This document shows positions 1-8,623 of a stretch of DNA of 36,315 nt, piece by piece (within the stretch, counting starts at the first letter, position 1; every line of letters starts with the position of its first letter). The position numbers and the translations under genes are program-made. A model generated the notes under the pieces. That model did no database searches. It was not told the origin of the DNA and saw only the letters and a list, made by a program, of their open reading frames with translations. The stretch comes from an uncultured Planctomycetia bacterium (lineage in GTDB: Bacteria > Omnitrophota > Gorgyraeia > JABMRJ01 > CAYVIU01). The stretch spans positions 1 to 36,315 of the forward strand of contig CAYVIU010000002.1 of assembly GCA_964451625.1 (NCBI GenBank), written 5' to 3'.

Positions 1-1
1 T

Positions 2-2353
2 GCTGCTTGGGAATGGGGTGCGTACTTAGGTGATGCATTAGAGCAGGAACTCACAAACTTGTTCGATCGCGCTATATCTTTATCCGATGGTTTAGTAGAT
101 TATATACACACACGTTTAACAATTGTAAGAAAAGAAATGCACGATAACATGAATAAGAAACTCACCGACGCAGAACTTAAAGCTGTGCTGCAAAGATTCA
201 GTGACGAAGGGGAAATAGTAGAGGGTATAATTGCGGGAAACCCGGAAATTATCACGGCCGAGCTGATTAAAGCAACAGCTGCTGAAGAGCCACCTTTAAT
301 TATTGCGGAATTAGGGCACCTGCTGGCAAAAACCTCGCCCACAGCCCAGAACCCAAAACCCGAGGCAGGCCGCAGTTCGCCGACCGAAGGCGAAACTGAT
401 GACGAAGCTGATATAGAAGAATTGAGGCAGAAGGCCATTGACGAACTAACAGCTCTTGTAAATACATATTCAGAACTTGAAGCTACTCTCTCTGTACTTT
501 CGGAATATACTCTGGGGCCTTCAGCCGAACAGACTGACGGTTTCGTTATGTTTGATCGCAGCAGTGAACCCATTGTCACATTAATAAAAATCTTGCCACA
601 GGCCAAAAAATGGACACGAATTGTTGCGTGTTTAATTACATTTCTAGATTATGACAAGATTCATCAAACTGGTAACAAGGGACGATTACTAACCTTAATT
701 GAGATATTAGAATCCCAAACCGCGAAGGGGGAAAGCTATGTAGACTCAATTAGCGCTTTAGACGCTGCTATACAGAGAGCAATTAAAGCAAAAGATGACG
801 AAGCCTCCACCTCCCCCGCAACAGAGGCGGAGTGGGTTGTTGAGAATGTGATTACCAAAAGGCAGGAACTTGCCCGATCCGTCGCAGTGCCGATACACAT
901 GAAGCCAGGGGAGGTCAACATCGAAGAACTCATCCAGAAATGCGCCGTTAATCTGCTCTATGAGATTTTCTTGACCGAAGGTGAAGCCCGGATGAGTGAG
1001 AGACTAACCGCGTTAAAAACAATGCCTGCCAATAGTGGCAAAGTGCTCGTTAACGACAAGGGTTATAGATTAGATGAAATGGCAAGAAAGATAATAAAAA
1101 CGGCTCAAGAAAAAACAGAAGGTCATGCTTCAGACATTATATTTGAATTTTTCGATAGGCAGGAAGCCGAGCTTTTGGAGCAAATAAGAGCCGGCTATAT
1201 GGAGCAAGTAGAAATTACAAATGGCCAAATACGTCCCGGACTATGGAGAAGGTATGACGAAATCTTTAACCGTGTAGCAAGTCAGCTAAAAACTGATTTT
1301 ATAGAAGCAAGTTCGCTTAATCATCAACCGCTTACACCTCAATCAATAATCGCGGTTAAAGGAGATTTTATGACATTAGAAGAGGAGCTTATGGCTTTAT
1401 TAGATCGCGTTATCTCATTATCCGATGAAATAGTGGATTATGTGCATAGGCATTTAACAGTTGCAAGAGAAGAATTACAGGAGAACATGAATAAGAGGCT
1501 CAGCAAATCAAAACTTGAAGCCCTACTGCAACGATTTAGTGATGAAGAGAGAAGGATAGAAGGCATAGTCTCTGGAGATCCAGAAATTCTCACCGCCGAA
1601 ATAGCAAAGGCAACAGCTGCCGAAGAGCCACCTTTAATTATTGCGGAATTAGGGCACCTACTGGCAAAAACCTCACCCACAACAGGAGCAATTCTTCCTA
1701 TGGAAAAAGGATTTGAAGGTATGAGAAAGGTAATAGCCTTAAAGCTAGATGAGTTAAGGCGTGGGGAGAGAGACAAACCCGTACTGATTGTTATATGCGG
1801 CAAATCAGGCACTTTAAAGAGCACTACAAGCAAATATATAGAATTATTACGTTTTGGCTTAGGTCCTGACGAGGTAAAAGTTTTTGAGCATGATGAGCAG
1901 AGAAGCATGATTTATTATGATTATAAAACATCAAGGCAAAACTTCCCAAATCTAAAACTTGTGATTGTAGAGGGGTATAACACAATCCCTGGCTGGTCAA
2001 ATGCCCATAACCCGGATTTAGTGGTAGAGTTTATATCTGATGATGACGTAAAGCTGGAGAGAATAAAAGGACGGGGATGGCCAGAAGAACGCACCAGAAG
2101 ATTAGCCGAGGCACCGAAAATTGAGTATGACAAAATAAGTTTAGTAATCGATACCAGCAATCTCGATGAATTTCTCCAGAAAGCAAAAACATTTTTTGGC
2201 CATCTAGAGAACGCTAATCGTGCCAAATCCTCAGAGTCCGAAGAAAACTCCACTTCCCCCGCAACAGAAGCAATTCTGCCTTCCCCAACACAAATGACCA
2301 ACTTCGTAGGCGAAGAAGTCAGAGAGTGCCACAAATCCTTCACCGGGGCGTAA
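2..2353 (+). CDS. Large repeat-containing protein, 5'-truncated by the window edge; C-terminal P-loop (uridine kinase/PRK-like) domain with degenerate Walker A
   Basis: The reading frame is open from nt 2, with no stop before the TTG at 59 used by the ORF track. Residues encoded at 29-58 (GDALEQELTN) already align with the start of the second internal repeat copy (GDFMTLEEELMA), so the ORF enters from upstream. The C-terminal part has VLIVICGKSGTLKSTT (Walker-A-like, but GxxxxLKS) and LKLVIVEGY (hydrophobic strand plus E, Walker-B-like). Confidence 0.75.
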   Translation, partial: AAWEWGAYLGDALEQELTNLFDRAISLSDGLVDYIHTRLTIVRKEMHDNMNKKLTDAELKAVLQRFSDEGEIVEGIIAGNPEIITAELIKATAAEEPPLIIAELGHLLAKTSPTAQNPKPEAGRSSPTEGETDDEADIEELRQKAIDELTALVNTYSELEATLSVLSEYTLGPSAEQTDGFVMFDRSSEPIVTLIKILPQAKKWTRIVACLITFLDYDKIHQTGNKGRLLTLIEILESQTAKGESYVDSISALDAAIQRAIKAKDDEASTSPATEAEWVVENVITKRQELARSVAVPIHMKPGEVNIEELIQKCAVNLLYEIFLTEGEARMSERLTALKTMPANSGKVLVNDKGYRLDEMARKIIKTAQEKTEGHASDIIFEFFDRQEAELLEQIRAGYMEQVEITNGQIRPGLWRRYDEIFNRVASQLKTDFIEASSLNHQPLTPQSIIAVKGDFMTLEEELMALLDRVISLSDEIVDYVHRHLTVAREELQENMNKRLSKSKLEALLQRFSDEERRIEGIVSGDPEILTAEIAKATAAEEPPLIIAELGHLLAKTSPTTGAILPMEKGFEGMRKVIALKLDELRRGERDKPVLIVICGKSGTLKSTTSKYIELLRFGLGPDEVKVFEHDEQRSMIYYDYKTSRQNFPNLKLVIVEGYNTIPGWSNAHNPDLVVEFISDDDVKLERIKGRGWPEERTRRLAEAPKIEYDKISLVIDTSNLDEFLQKAKTFFGHLENANRAKSSESEENSTSPATEAILPSPTQMTNFVGEEVRECHKSFTGA
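29..343 (+). repeat. Intragenic repeat module, copy 1 (~105 codons)
   Basis: Copy 1 reads LFDRAISLSDGLVDYIHTRLTIVRKEMHDNMNKKL...ATAAEEPPLIIAELGHLLAKTSPT. It aligns collinearly with copy 2 at 1361-1681. Confidence 0.9.
1361..1681 (+). repeat. Intragenic repeat module, copy 2 (~107 codons)
   Basis: Copy 2 reads LLDRVISLSDEIVDYVHRHLTVAREELQENMNKRL...ATAAEEPPLIIAELGHLLAKTSPT. The last 24 codons (1610-1681) are identical in protein to 272-343, with only 3 synonymous nucleotide differences. Confidence 0.9.
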
Positions 2354-2362
2354 AAGGCATTG

Positions 2363-2388
2363 TTGCAGAGCCTAAAATGTGATATACT
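2363..2388 (+). promoter_or_regulatory. Candidate extended -10 promoter for the nucleotidyltransferase-fold gene
   Basis: TGaTATACT lies at 2380-2388. TTGCAG at 2363-2368 is only 14 nt upstream, so the -35 element is poorly placed. The site sits in the 59-nt gap after the stop of the large ORF. Confidence 0.35.
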
Positions 2389-2412
2389 AACTATAAATAG
2401 GGAAGATAAGAG

Positions 2413-2949
2413 ATGAACTTTAACCTGATATTAAAGTATCTACTTGAGCTGTTCAACAAGAACAACATTCCATACGCGCTTATCGGCGGCCTGGCCATGG
2501 ATATGCATGGTGTTATAAGGACTACGCAGGATGTTGATTTCCTGGTTCCCTTGGAAGATATAGAAAAAATAGAAGAATATTTATTAAGCCGCGGCTATAA
2601 AAAATTATTAAGAAATAATAATGTCGCCAATTATGCCTCTGATAATTTTGAATTAGGGAGAGTAGACTTTCTTCTTGCGCACAGAAAGTACGCAAAAGAG
2701 ATGCTTAAAGATGCAGTATCTTTTGAATTGAAATCAAGCCCTTATAAATTGAAGGTGGCCCGATTGGAAGATTTGATAGGTCTTAAGGTGCAGGCCCATT
2801 TTAACAGCAAAGAGAGAAAAACCGACGACATCAAAGATATAGAGAACATAATTAAGCAGTTCGGGCCTAAGCTTAATTATGACAAAGTTAAAGAATATTT
2901 TTCTGTTTTTAATGCCCAGGATCTGTTGGATAAGCTATGGAGAAGATAG
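2413..2949 (+). CDS. Minimal nucleotidyltransferase-fold protein (DUF2204/DUF6036/AbiEii-like class)
   Basis: The N-terminal signature ALIGGLAMDMHGVIRTTQDVDFLVP matches the pol-beta-type NTase pattern (GG/GS ... DxD). The protein is 178 aa. A GGGAAG-type purine stretch precedes the ATG. Confidence 0.7.
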   Translation: MNFNLILKYLLELFNKNNIPYALIGGLAMDMHGVIRTTQDVDFLVPLEDIEKIEEYLLSRGYKKLLRNNNVANYASDNFELGRVDFLLAHRKYAKEMLKDAVSFELKSSPYKLKVARLEDLIGLKVQAHFNSKERKTDDIKDIENIIKQFGPKLNYDKVKEYFSVFNAQDLLDKLWRR

Positions 2950-3177
2950 ATGCTCAGTGAACAGGATAAGAAAGAAATGCTGGAAGATGCCCTCAGTGAA
3001 GACAGGCGAAAGGCATTTGAAGAAGCCGATAGGAGAGCAGAAGTCTTTACTAAAAAATATCAGGCCTCTATGACCGCTGACAAGGCCATTAAATTTCTGA
3101 TGGATACCCAGGAGCTTATAGGGCCATTTCCCATTTCAAAGATCGTATCTAACTCCTCACAGAACTTCAAGCTGTAA
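2950..3177 (+). CDS. Small charged helical protein, translationally coupled partner of the NTase-fold gene
   Basis: The ATG immediately follows the upstream TAG (TAGATG). The 75-aa product is rich in E/K/D/R. I recognise no family. Confidence 0.45.
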   Translation: MLSEQDKKEMLEDALSEDRRKAFEEADRRAEVFTKKYQASMTADKAIKFLMDTQELIGPFPISKIVSNSSQNFKL

Positions 3178-3190
3178 AAAACCTTCCCTA

Positions 3191-3219
3191 TTGACATTTG
3201 CCCATAATTATGATATTAA
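3191..3219 (+). promoter_or_regulatory. Sigma70-type promoter upstream of yggS
   Basis: TTGACA (3191-3196), a 17-nt spacer, then TATTAA (3214-3219) preceded by TGa. The TTG of the -35 hexamer is the artefactual start used by the ORF track. Confidence 0.5.
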
Positions 3220-3232
3220 TGATAAATTGCTT

Positions 3233-3916
3233 ATGAGTAAAGAGAATCTTAGTAATATCATTAAAAGGATAAAGAAGGCTGCAAAGACCGCCCAGAGGGA
3301 CCCTGAGGAGATAAGGCTTGTCTGCGTCACAAAGGGCATAGATCCGTTCAGGGTGAACGAGGCTGTGATCGGCGGCATTACAGACATTGGCGAGAACCGT
3401 GTCCAGGAAGCGCTCACTAAAAAACCCCAGGTGATGCCGGGTGTAAAGTGGCACCTTATCGGGCATCTCCAGACCAACAAGGTAAAAGACGCGCTCACGC
3501 TTTTTAACCTTATCCATTCTGTTGATAGTGTAAAGCTGGCCAACAAAATCGATAAAGAGGCAAAGCTTCTCAATAAAACCATAGACATACTCATACAGGT
3601 CAATATTTCAGGCGAAGAATCAAAGTTCGGAGTTAAGCCTGAAGAGCTGGAAATGCTTCTCAATGAAGCCTCAAAGCTTGAAAATATAAAGGTCTCGGGT
3701 TTAATGACAATAACTCCGTTATCCGATGATCCTGAGACAGTGCGGCCGCATCTTAAAAAATTAAAAGAGCTTTTCGATAACATAAAAAATAACATGAACC
3801 TTCCAAATGTTGAGATGAAATACCTCTCCATGGGCATGAGCCAGGACTTTGAGGTAGCCATCGAAGAGGGTGCGAATATTTTAAGAATCGGAACCGCGAT
3901 TTTCGGAGGAAAATAA
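3233..3916 (+). CDS. yggS: YggS-family pyridoxal-phosphate homeostasis protein (PLPBP)
   Basis: Motifs RLVCVTKG, DIGENRVQEA and WHLIGHLQTNKVK are typical of YggS/YlmE. The start is set at the ATG of MSKENL because upstream codons overlap the promoter. Confidence 0.9.
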   Translation: MSKENLSNIIKRIKKAAKTAQRDPEEIRLVCVTKGIDPFRVNEAVIGGITDIGENRVQEALTKKPQVMPGVKWHLIGHLQTNKVKDALTLFNLIHSVDSVKLANKIDKEAKLLNKTIDILIQVNISGEESKFGVKPEELEMLLNEASKLENIKVSGLMTITPLSDDPETVRPHLKKLKELFDNIKNNMNLPNVEMKYLSMGMSQDFEVAIEEGANILRIGTAIFGGK

Positions 3917-3917
3917 T

Positions 3918-4724
3918 ATGGCCAGAAAAATAGGCATAATAGGGTGCGGGAATATGGGAGAAGCGATATTGAGGGGAATAATCTCTAAGAAAATCGCGTC
4001 CCGGAGGGATATCTTTGTCTCTGACCTGAACTCCGCAAAGCTTAACTGTATAAAAAAGATACATAAGGTGAATGTGACATTCAATAACTCCATGGTGACT
4101 GAGCGCTCTGATATAGTTATCCTTGCAGTGAAGCCCCAGAAGATGAACGAGGTACTAAGTGCGATTTCCGAGGAGCTGGATACGAAAAAGCTTGTTATAT
4201 CCGTAGCCGCAGGCATTACCACGAAAAAAATAAAAAAGCTCCTTGCAAAAGGCACGCCTGTGGCCAGGGTTATGCCGAACATGCCTGCGTTGATAGGAAA
4301 GGGTGTAAGTGCAGTATGCCTTAGTGGTGTTTCATCTAAATACAGAAAAGACATTCTTAATATCTTCTCCTCTATAGGAAAGGTTGTCCAGGTAAAGGAA
4401 AAGGATTTCGATGCTGTAACCGCCATCAGCGGAAGCGGCCCTGCGTACTTTTTCTATCTGGTTGAGGTGTTGGTAAAGACAGCTATTTCATTAGGGTTAA
4501 AAAAAGACGTGGCCATAGACCTTGCCATGCGCACAGCACTCGGTTCGGTTGAGCTTCTGGCAAAGTCCGGGCTTGATCCTGTTACATTAAGGAAGAAGGT
4601 CACCTCAAAAGGCGGGACGACTGAGGCGGCATTCAAACTGTTCAAAAAGAAAAAATTGGAAGAGATTTTGAAGACAGGTATTAAAAAGGCAAAGAAGCGT
4701 TCCAAAGAATTAAGCGGAGGTTAA
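3918..4724 (+). CDS. proC: Pyrroline-5-carboxylate reductase
   Basis: Rossmann N-terminus KIGIIGCGNMGEAI. The C-terminal motif SKGGTTEAA is typical of ProC. A GGAGGA RBS lies upstream. Confidence 0.93.
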   Translation: MARKIGIIGCGNMGEAILRGIISKKIASRRDIFVSDLNSAKLNCIKKIHKVNVTFNNSMVTERSDIVILAVKPQKMNEVLSAISEELDTKKLVISVAAGITTKKIKKLLAKGTPVARVMPNMPALIGKGVSAVCLSGVSSKYRKDILNIFSSIGKVVQVKEKDFDAVTAISGSGPAYFFYLVEVLVKTAISLGLKKDVAIDLAMRTALGSVELLAKSGLDPVTLRKKVTSKGGTTEAAFKLFKKKKLEEILKTGIKKAKKRSKELSGG

Positions 4725-4725
4725 T

Positions 4726-5022
4726 ATGTTTGTATTGAGCCAGCTATTTTCAAGCCTTGCACTTTTGACGAGCATGCTTTTTAACGTGATTTACTTCCTT
4801 CTTGTTATAAGGATAATCCTTTCATGGTTCGGGGTGAATCCGTACAATGAGCTTGTCCAGATACTTTTCAGGATCACTGATCCGATACTGGCACCTTTCA
4901 GAAGGCTGCCCCTGCGAATAGGGATGATAGATTTCTCACCGATCGTGGCATTTCTGGTGATAGCGTTTTTAAGGAACTTCATAGTAGGGGTCCTTACACA
5001 GTTGGCGCACAGATTCGGATAA
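4726..5022 (+). CDS. yggT: YggT-family membrane protein
   Basis: A 98-aa two-TM protein with ITDPILAPFRR...IDFSPIVA, in the conserved yggS-proC-yggT context. Confidence 0.85.
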   Translation: MFVLSQLFSSLALLTSMLFNVIYFLLVIRIILSWFGVNPYNELVQILFRITDPILAPFRRLPLRIGMIDFSPIVAFLVIAFLRNFIVGVLTQLAHRFG

Positions 5023-5033
5023 AAGGAGAACAC

Positions 5034-5897
5034 ATGGGAAAGATAGGGATTATAGGCGGAAGTGGATTATATAATATAGAAGGTATAAAGGTTATAAAGG
5101 CCGAAAAGATAAAAACACCTTTTGGCGAACCGTCAGATGAGTTTATCATAGGCGAGCTTGAGGGGAAAGAAGTTGTATTTTTACCAAGGCATGGAAAGGG
5201 CCACAGGATACTCCCAACAGAACTGAACTACAGGGCCAATATCTACGGCATGAAAAAACTCGGCGTGGAGCGCATCATCTCAGTTACGGCTGTCGGAAGC
5301 CTTAAGAAGGAATTGAAGCCCCTTGATATGGTGACAGTGAACCAGTTTGTGGACAGGACCAACCAGGCGCGGAAGACCACATTCTTCGGTGAAGGGGCAG
5401 TGGCGCACATTGCGTTTTCACATCCTGTATGCGGCGATGTTTCAGATCTTCTTTACAAAACCGGAAAAGATTTAAGTCTCACGATGCACAAAGGCGGCAC
5501 TTATGTAAACATGGAAGGCCCCGCGTTTTCAACTCTGGCTGAATCAAAACTTTTCAGGTCCTGGGGCATGGATGTAATAGGCATGACAAACATGCCTGAG
5601 GCAAGGCTTGCAAGAGAGGCGGAGATTTGCTATTCCACGCTTGCCATGGTTACAGATTATGACTGCTGGCACACCGAAGAGGGCATTGAGTCTGTGACAA
5701 TAGAGCTCATCATACAGAATCTCATGAAGAATGTAGAGAACGCGAAGAAGTTATTGAAAAAAGTCATTCCGCTTATCCCGGAGGAAAGAAAATGCCCGTG
5801 CGCCACTGCACTCAAAGACGCAATCATCACAAGGCCTGAGGCAATCCCGGATAAGACAAAGAAAAAACTGGATATCATTATCTCAAAATACCTATGA
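5034..5897 (+). CDS. mtnP: S-methyl-5'-thioadenosine phosphorylase (MTAP family)
   Basis: IGIIGGSGLY, FLPRHGKGH, NYRANIYG and GMTNMPEARLAREAEICY are typical MTAP-family signatures. An AAGGAG RBS lies upstream. Confidence 0.9.
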   Translation: MGKIGIIGGSGLYNIEGIKVIKAEKIKTPFGEPSDEFIIGELEGKEVVFLPRHGKGHRILPTELNYRANIYGMKKLGVERIISVTAVGSLKKELKPLDMVTVNQFVDRTNQARKTTFFGEGAVAHIAFSHPVCGDVSDLLYKTGKDLSLTMHKGGTYVNMEGPAFSTLAESKLFRSWGMDVIGMTNMPEARLAREAEICYSTLAMVTDYDCWHTEEGIESVTIELIIQNLMKNVENAKKLLKKVIPLIPEERKCPCATALKDAIITRPEAIPDKTKKKLDIIISKYL

Positions 5898-8611
5898 CAG
5901 ATTACAAATCCACATTAAATCTGCCGAAGACCAATTTTTCAATGAAGGCAAACCTTCCCAACAAGGAGCCTATGCAGCTCTTAAAATGGAACGACGCCGG
6001 GATTTACGAACTTCTAAGAAAAAAATCCAAAGGCAGACCCAAATTCATCCTGCATGACGGCCCGCCATACGCGAACGGAAACATACACATGGGCCATGTC
6101 CTCAATAAGATCCTGAAAGACATTGTTGTAAAATTCAATTCCATGAAAGGCAATGACGCCCCGTATGTCCCGGGCTGGGACTGCCACGGCCTGCCTGTAG
6201 AGCACCAACTCTTCAAAGAACTCAAGATGACAAAGTCCGACATAGACCAGGTCGCCTTCAGGAACAAGGCCTATAAATACGCGATGAAATATGTGAAGAT
6301 ACAGCGCGATGAGTTTAAGAGACTGGGCATCTTCGGCGATTGGGAGAACCCGTACCTTACACTGGATACAAAATATGAAGCAGGCATAATGCGCTCATTC
6401 GCTGCATTGGTCAAAAAGGGATTCGTATATAAAGGGCTTAAACCTGTAAACTGGTGCGCAACCTGCGAGACTGCCCTGGCCGAGGCAGAAGTGGAATATG
6501 CAAACCATAATTCCCATTCGGTGTTTGTAAGGTTTAAATTGGTCAGTGAAGACGCATATTTTGTTATCTGGACAACCACACCCTGGACGCTTCTGGCAAA
6601 TGTCGCGATAGCGGTTCACCCTACATTGGATTACGTGCTTGTAAGCACCAGATACGGAAAGCTCTATCTCATGAAAGACCGGCTCGACGCTGTAATGAAT
6701 GCAGTCGGAGAGAATGAATTTAAGGTTATAAAGACCATAAAAGGAAAAACACTCGAAGGCCTCCAGGCAAAACACCCGTTCATAGAGAGAATCTCAAAAA
6801 TCGTTTTGGCTGATTATATAACAACGGAAGAAGGCACAGGCTGTGTGCATATTGCGCCGGGCCACGGAGAGGCAGACTATATAACAGGAAAAAAATATAA
6901 GCTCCCCACCATTATGCCCATAGATTCGAAAGGTAAAGTCGATGATTCGGTGCCTGAGTTTAAGGGATTAGGGATAAAAGAGGCGAGCTTGAGCATTATT
7001 GAAAAATTAAAAGCATCAAAAGGCCTTTTGGCCTCCGGGGAAATCACACATTCGTATCCGCACTGCTGGAGATGCAAGAATCCCATCATATTCAGGGCAA
7101 CCGAACAGTATTTCATGGGGGTTGATATCAACAATCTCCGCGGGAAAATGCTCTCCCTCATAAAAAAGGTAAAATGGATCCCTGCCGGAGGCATAGAGAG
7201 AATCTCCAGCATGGTGAAGCTGAGGCCTGACTGGTGCCTTTCAAGACAAAGATACTGGGGGGTGCCGATCCCGGCCTTTTACTGCGTCAAATGCAAAGAA
7301 CTTCTCCTGGATGCAAAGGTTATTGAGCATGTCGCCGGCATTGTAGAGAAAGAAGGCTCTAATGCATACTTTATTAAGGATACAAAAGAACTTATCCCGT
7401 CCGGCACAAAATGCAAAAAGTGTAAAACAGGCGAGTTTATCAAAGAAAAGGATATAGTGGATGTGTGGTTTGAGTCAGGCGTGAGCCATCAGGCCGTCCT
7501 CAAGCCTGAAAAATTATATCCGGCGGATTTATACCTCGAAGGTTCTGACCAGCACCGCGGATGGTTCCAGACAGCCTTGATTACAGGGGCGGCCATAGAC
7601 GGCATTGCGCCGTACAAAACTGTCCTCACGCACGGCTTTGTAGTGGATGGCACAGGCAAGAAGATGTCCAAGTCTTTGGGGAATGTAATCTCGCCGCAGG
7701 ATGTGATGAAGACACACGGCGCGGATATCCTGAGGCTCTGGGTGGCATCCAGCGATTATTCCACGGACGTAAGGCTCTCGGATGAGATATTAAAAAGGCT
7801 CTCTGACAGCTACAGGAAGATCCGCAACACATTAAGGTATCTATTGAGCAATCTTTATGATTATGATGCGAGCAAAAAACTGGATTATAAAAAACTCCTT
7901 GAAGTGGACCGCTGGGCCCTTGCCAGGACAAAAGGACTCCTTGATAAAGTGAATGATGCCTACGCAACGTATAATTTTCATGTTGTATACCGTTCCATAT
8001 ATGAATTCTCCACGGTGTTTTTATCAAGCATATACCTTGATGTCCTGAAAGACAGGATGTACACGTTCGGCGTCGATTCAACAGAACGCCGGAGCGGCCA
8101 GACAGCCATGTATGAGATCGCATCGGCCCTCATAAGGATGCTTGAGCCGCTTATCCCATTTACGGCAGAAGAGGCATGGCAGAGCCTCACCAAAAAAGAT
8201 GAAAGCGTGCATCTGGCAAACTGGCCGGAACTTGGCGGAATCAAGCCGGACAAAACAGTAGAGGAAAAGTACACCCGGATACTCGCATTAAGAGAAAAAC
8301 TTCTCATACTCCTTGAGGCAGAGAGGATTGCAAAGCGCATAGGAAGCCCGCTTCAGGCAAAGGTTGTTTTATCATTTAAACTCAACAAAGATTATAAGTT
8401 CTACAAACTTCATGAAAAAGAGCTTCCGACCATGTTTATTGTCTCACAGGTCGAAGTCGCTGAAGATACAAATCAAAAAGAAGATATAAAAATAGATATA
8501 AAAACAGCGGGCGGGGCAAAGTGCCAGCGCTGCTGGAATTACAGTGAAACAGTGGGAAAAAATAACAAACACCCAGGCTTATGCACCAGATGCCTGGGCG
8601 CGTTGAACTAA
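5894..8611 (+). CDS. ileS: Isoleucine--tRNA ligase
   Basis: HIGH-type motif PYANGNIHMGH, KMSKS motif, a CP1 editing region and a C-terminal CxxC...CxxC zinc finger. ATGA overlap with mtnP. Confidence 0.97.
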   Translation: MTDYKSTLNLPKTNFSMKANLPNKEPMQLLKWNDAGIYELLRKKSKGRPKFILHDGPPYANGNIHMGHVLNKILKDIVVKFNSMKGNDAPYVPGWDCHGLPVEHQLFKELKMTKSDIDQVAFRNKAYKYAMKYVKIQRDEFKRLGIFGDWENPYLTLDTKYEAGIMRSFAALVKKGFVYKGLKPVNWCATCETALAEAEVEYANHNSHSVFVRFKLVSEDAYFVIWTTTPWTLLANVAIAVHPTLDYVLVSTRYGKLYLMKDRLDAVMNAVGENEFKVIKTIKGKTLEGLQAKHPFIERISKIVLADYITTEEGTGCVHIAPGHGEADYITGKKYKLPTIMPIDSKGKVDDSVPEFKGLGIKEASLSIIEKLKASKGLLASGEITHSYPHCWRCKNPIIFRATEQYFMGVDINNLRGKMLSLIKKVKWIPAGGIERISSMVKLRPDWCLSRQRYWGVPIPAFYCVKCKELLLDAKVIEHVAGIVEKEGSNAYFIKDTKELIPSGTKCKKCKTGEFIKEKDIVDVWFESGVSHQAVLKPEKLYPADLYLEGSDQHRGWFQTALITGAAIDGIAPYKTVLTHGFVVDGTGKKMSKSLGNVISPQDVMKTHGADILRLWVASSDYSTDVRLSDEILKRLSDSYRKIRNTLRYLLSNLYDYDASKKLDYKKLLEVDRWALARTKGLLDKVNDAYATYNFHVVYRSIYEFSTVFLSSIYLDVLKDRMYTFGVDSTERRSGQTAMYEIASALIRMLEPLIPFTAEEAWQSLTKKDESVHLANWPELGGIKPDKTVEEKYTRILALREKLLILLEAERIAKRIGSPLQAKVVLSFKLNKDYKFYKLHEKELPTMFIVSQVEVAEDTNQKEDIKIDIKTAGGAKCQRCWNYSETVGKNNKHPGLCTRCLGALN

Positions 8612-8623
8612 AGGGGGACAATC

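Noticed and set aside
100-606. Long minus-strand ORFs throughout the window, for example 100-606, 3208-3861, 12625-13188, 16802-17392, 20002-20613, 26855-27448 and 33093-33785.
   Set aside because: Each lies fully antisense to a + strand gene with strong family signatures. Their translations are low-complexity (Ser/Ala/Pro-rich), lack start context and match no family motif. They are shadow ORFs.
2950-3177. Classic MNT-HEPN or AbiEi-AbiEii toxin-antitoxin assignment for the NTase pair.
   Set aside because: The 75-aa partner has no Rx4-6H HEPN motif and is far too small for AbiEi. The gene order is also reversed relative to AbiE. Only a generic 'possible TA-like pair' statement is supportable.
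3191-3232. TTG start at 3191 for yggS, as in the ORF track.
   Set aside because: That TTG is the first half of a TTGACA -35 hexamer with a properly spaced -10 element. YggS homologs begin near the MSKENL residues, so the ATG at 3233 was chosen.
7561-7785. Alternative-frame + strand ORFs inside ileS (7561-7785), rodA (17560-17886), the radical SAM gene (19967-20191), the NTase gene (2879-3073) and the 720-aa gene (31327-31634).
   Set aside because: They are embedded in genes whose annotated frame has unambiguous family motifs. They are Arg/Pro/Cys-rich, which is typical of out-of-frame translation, and they have no RBS.
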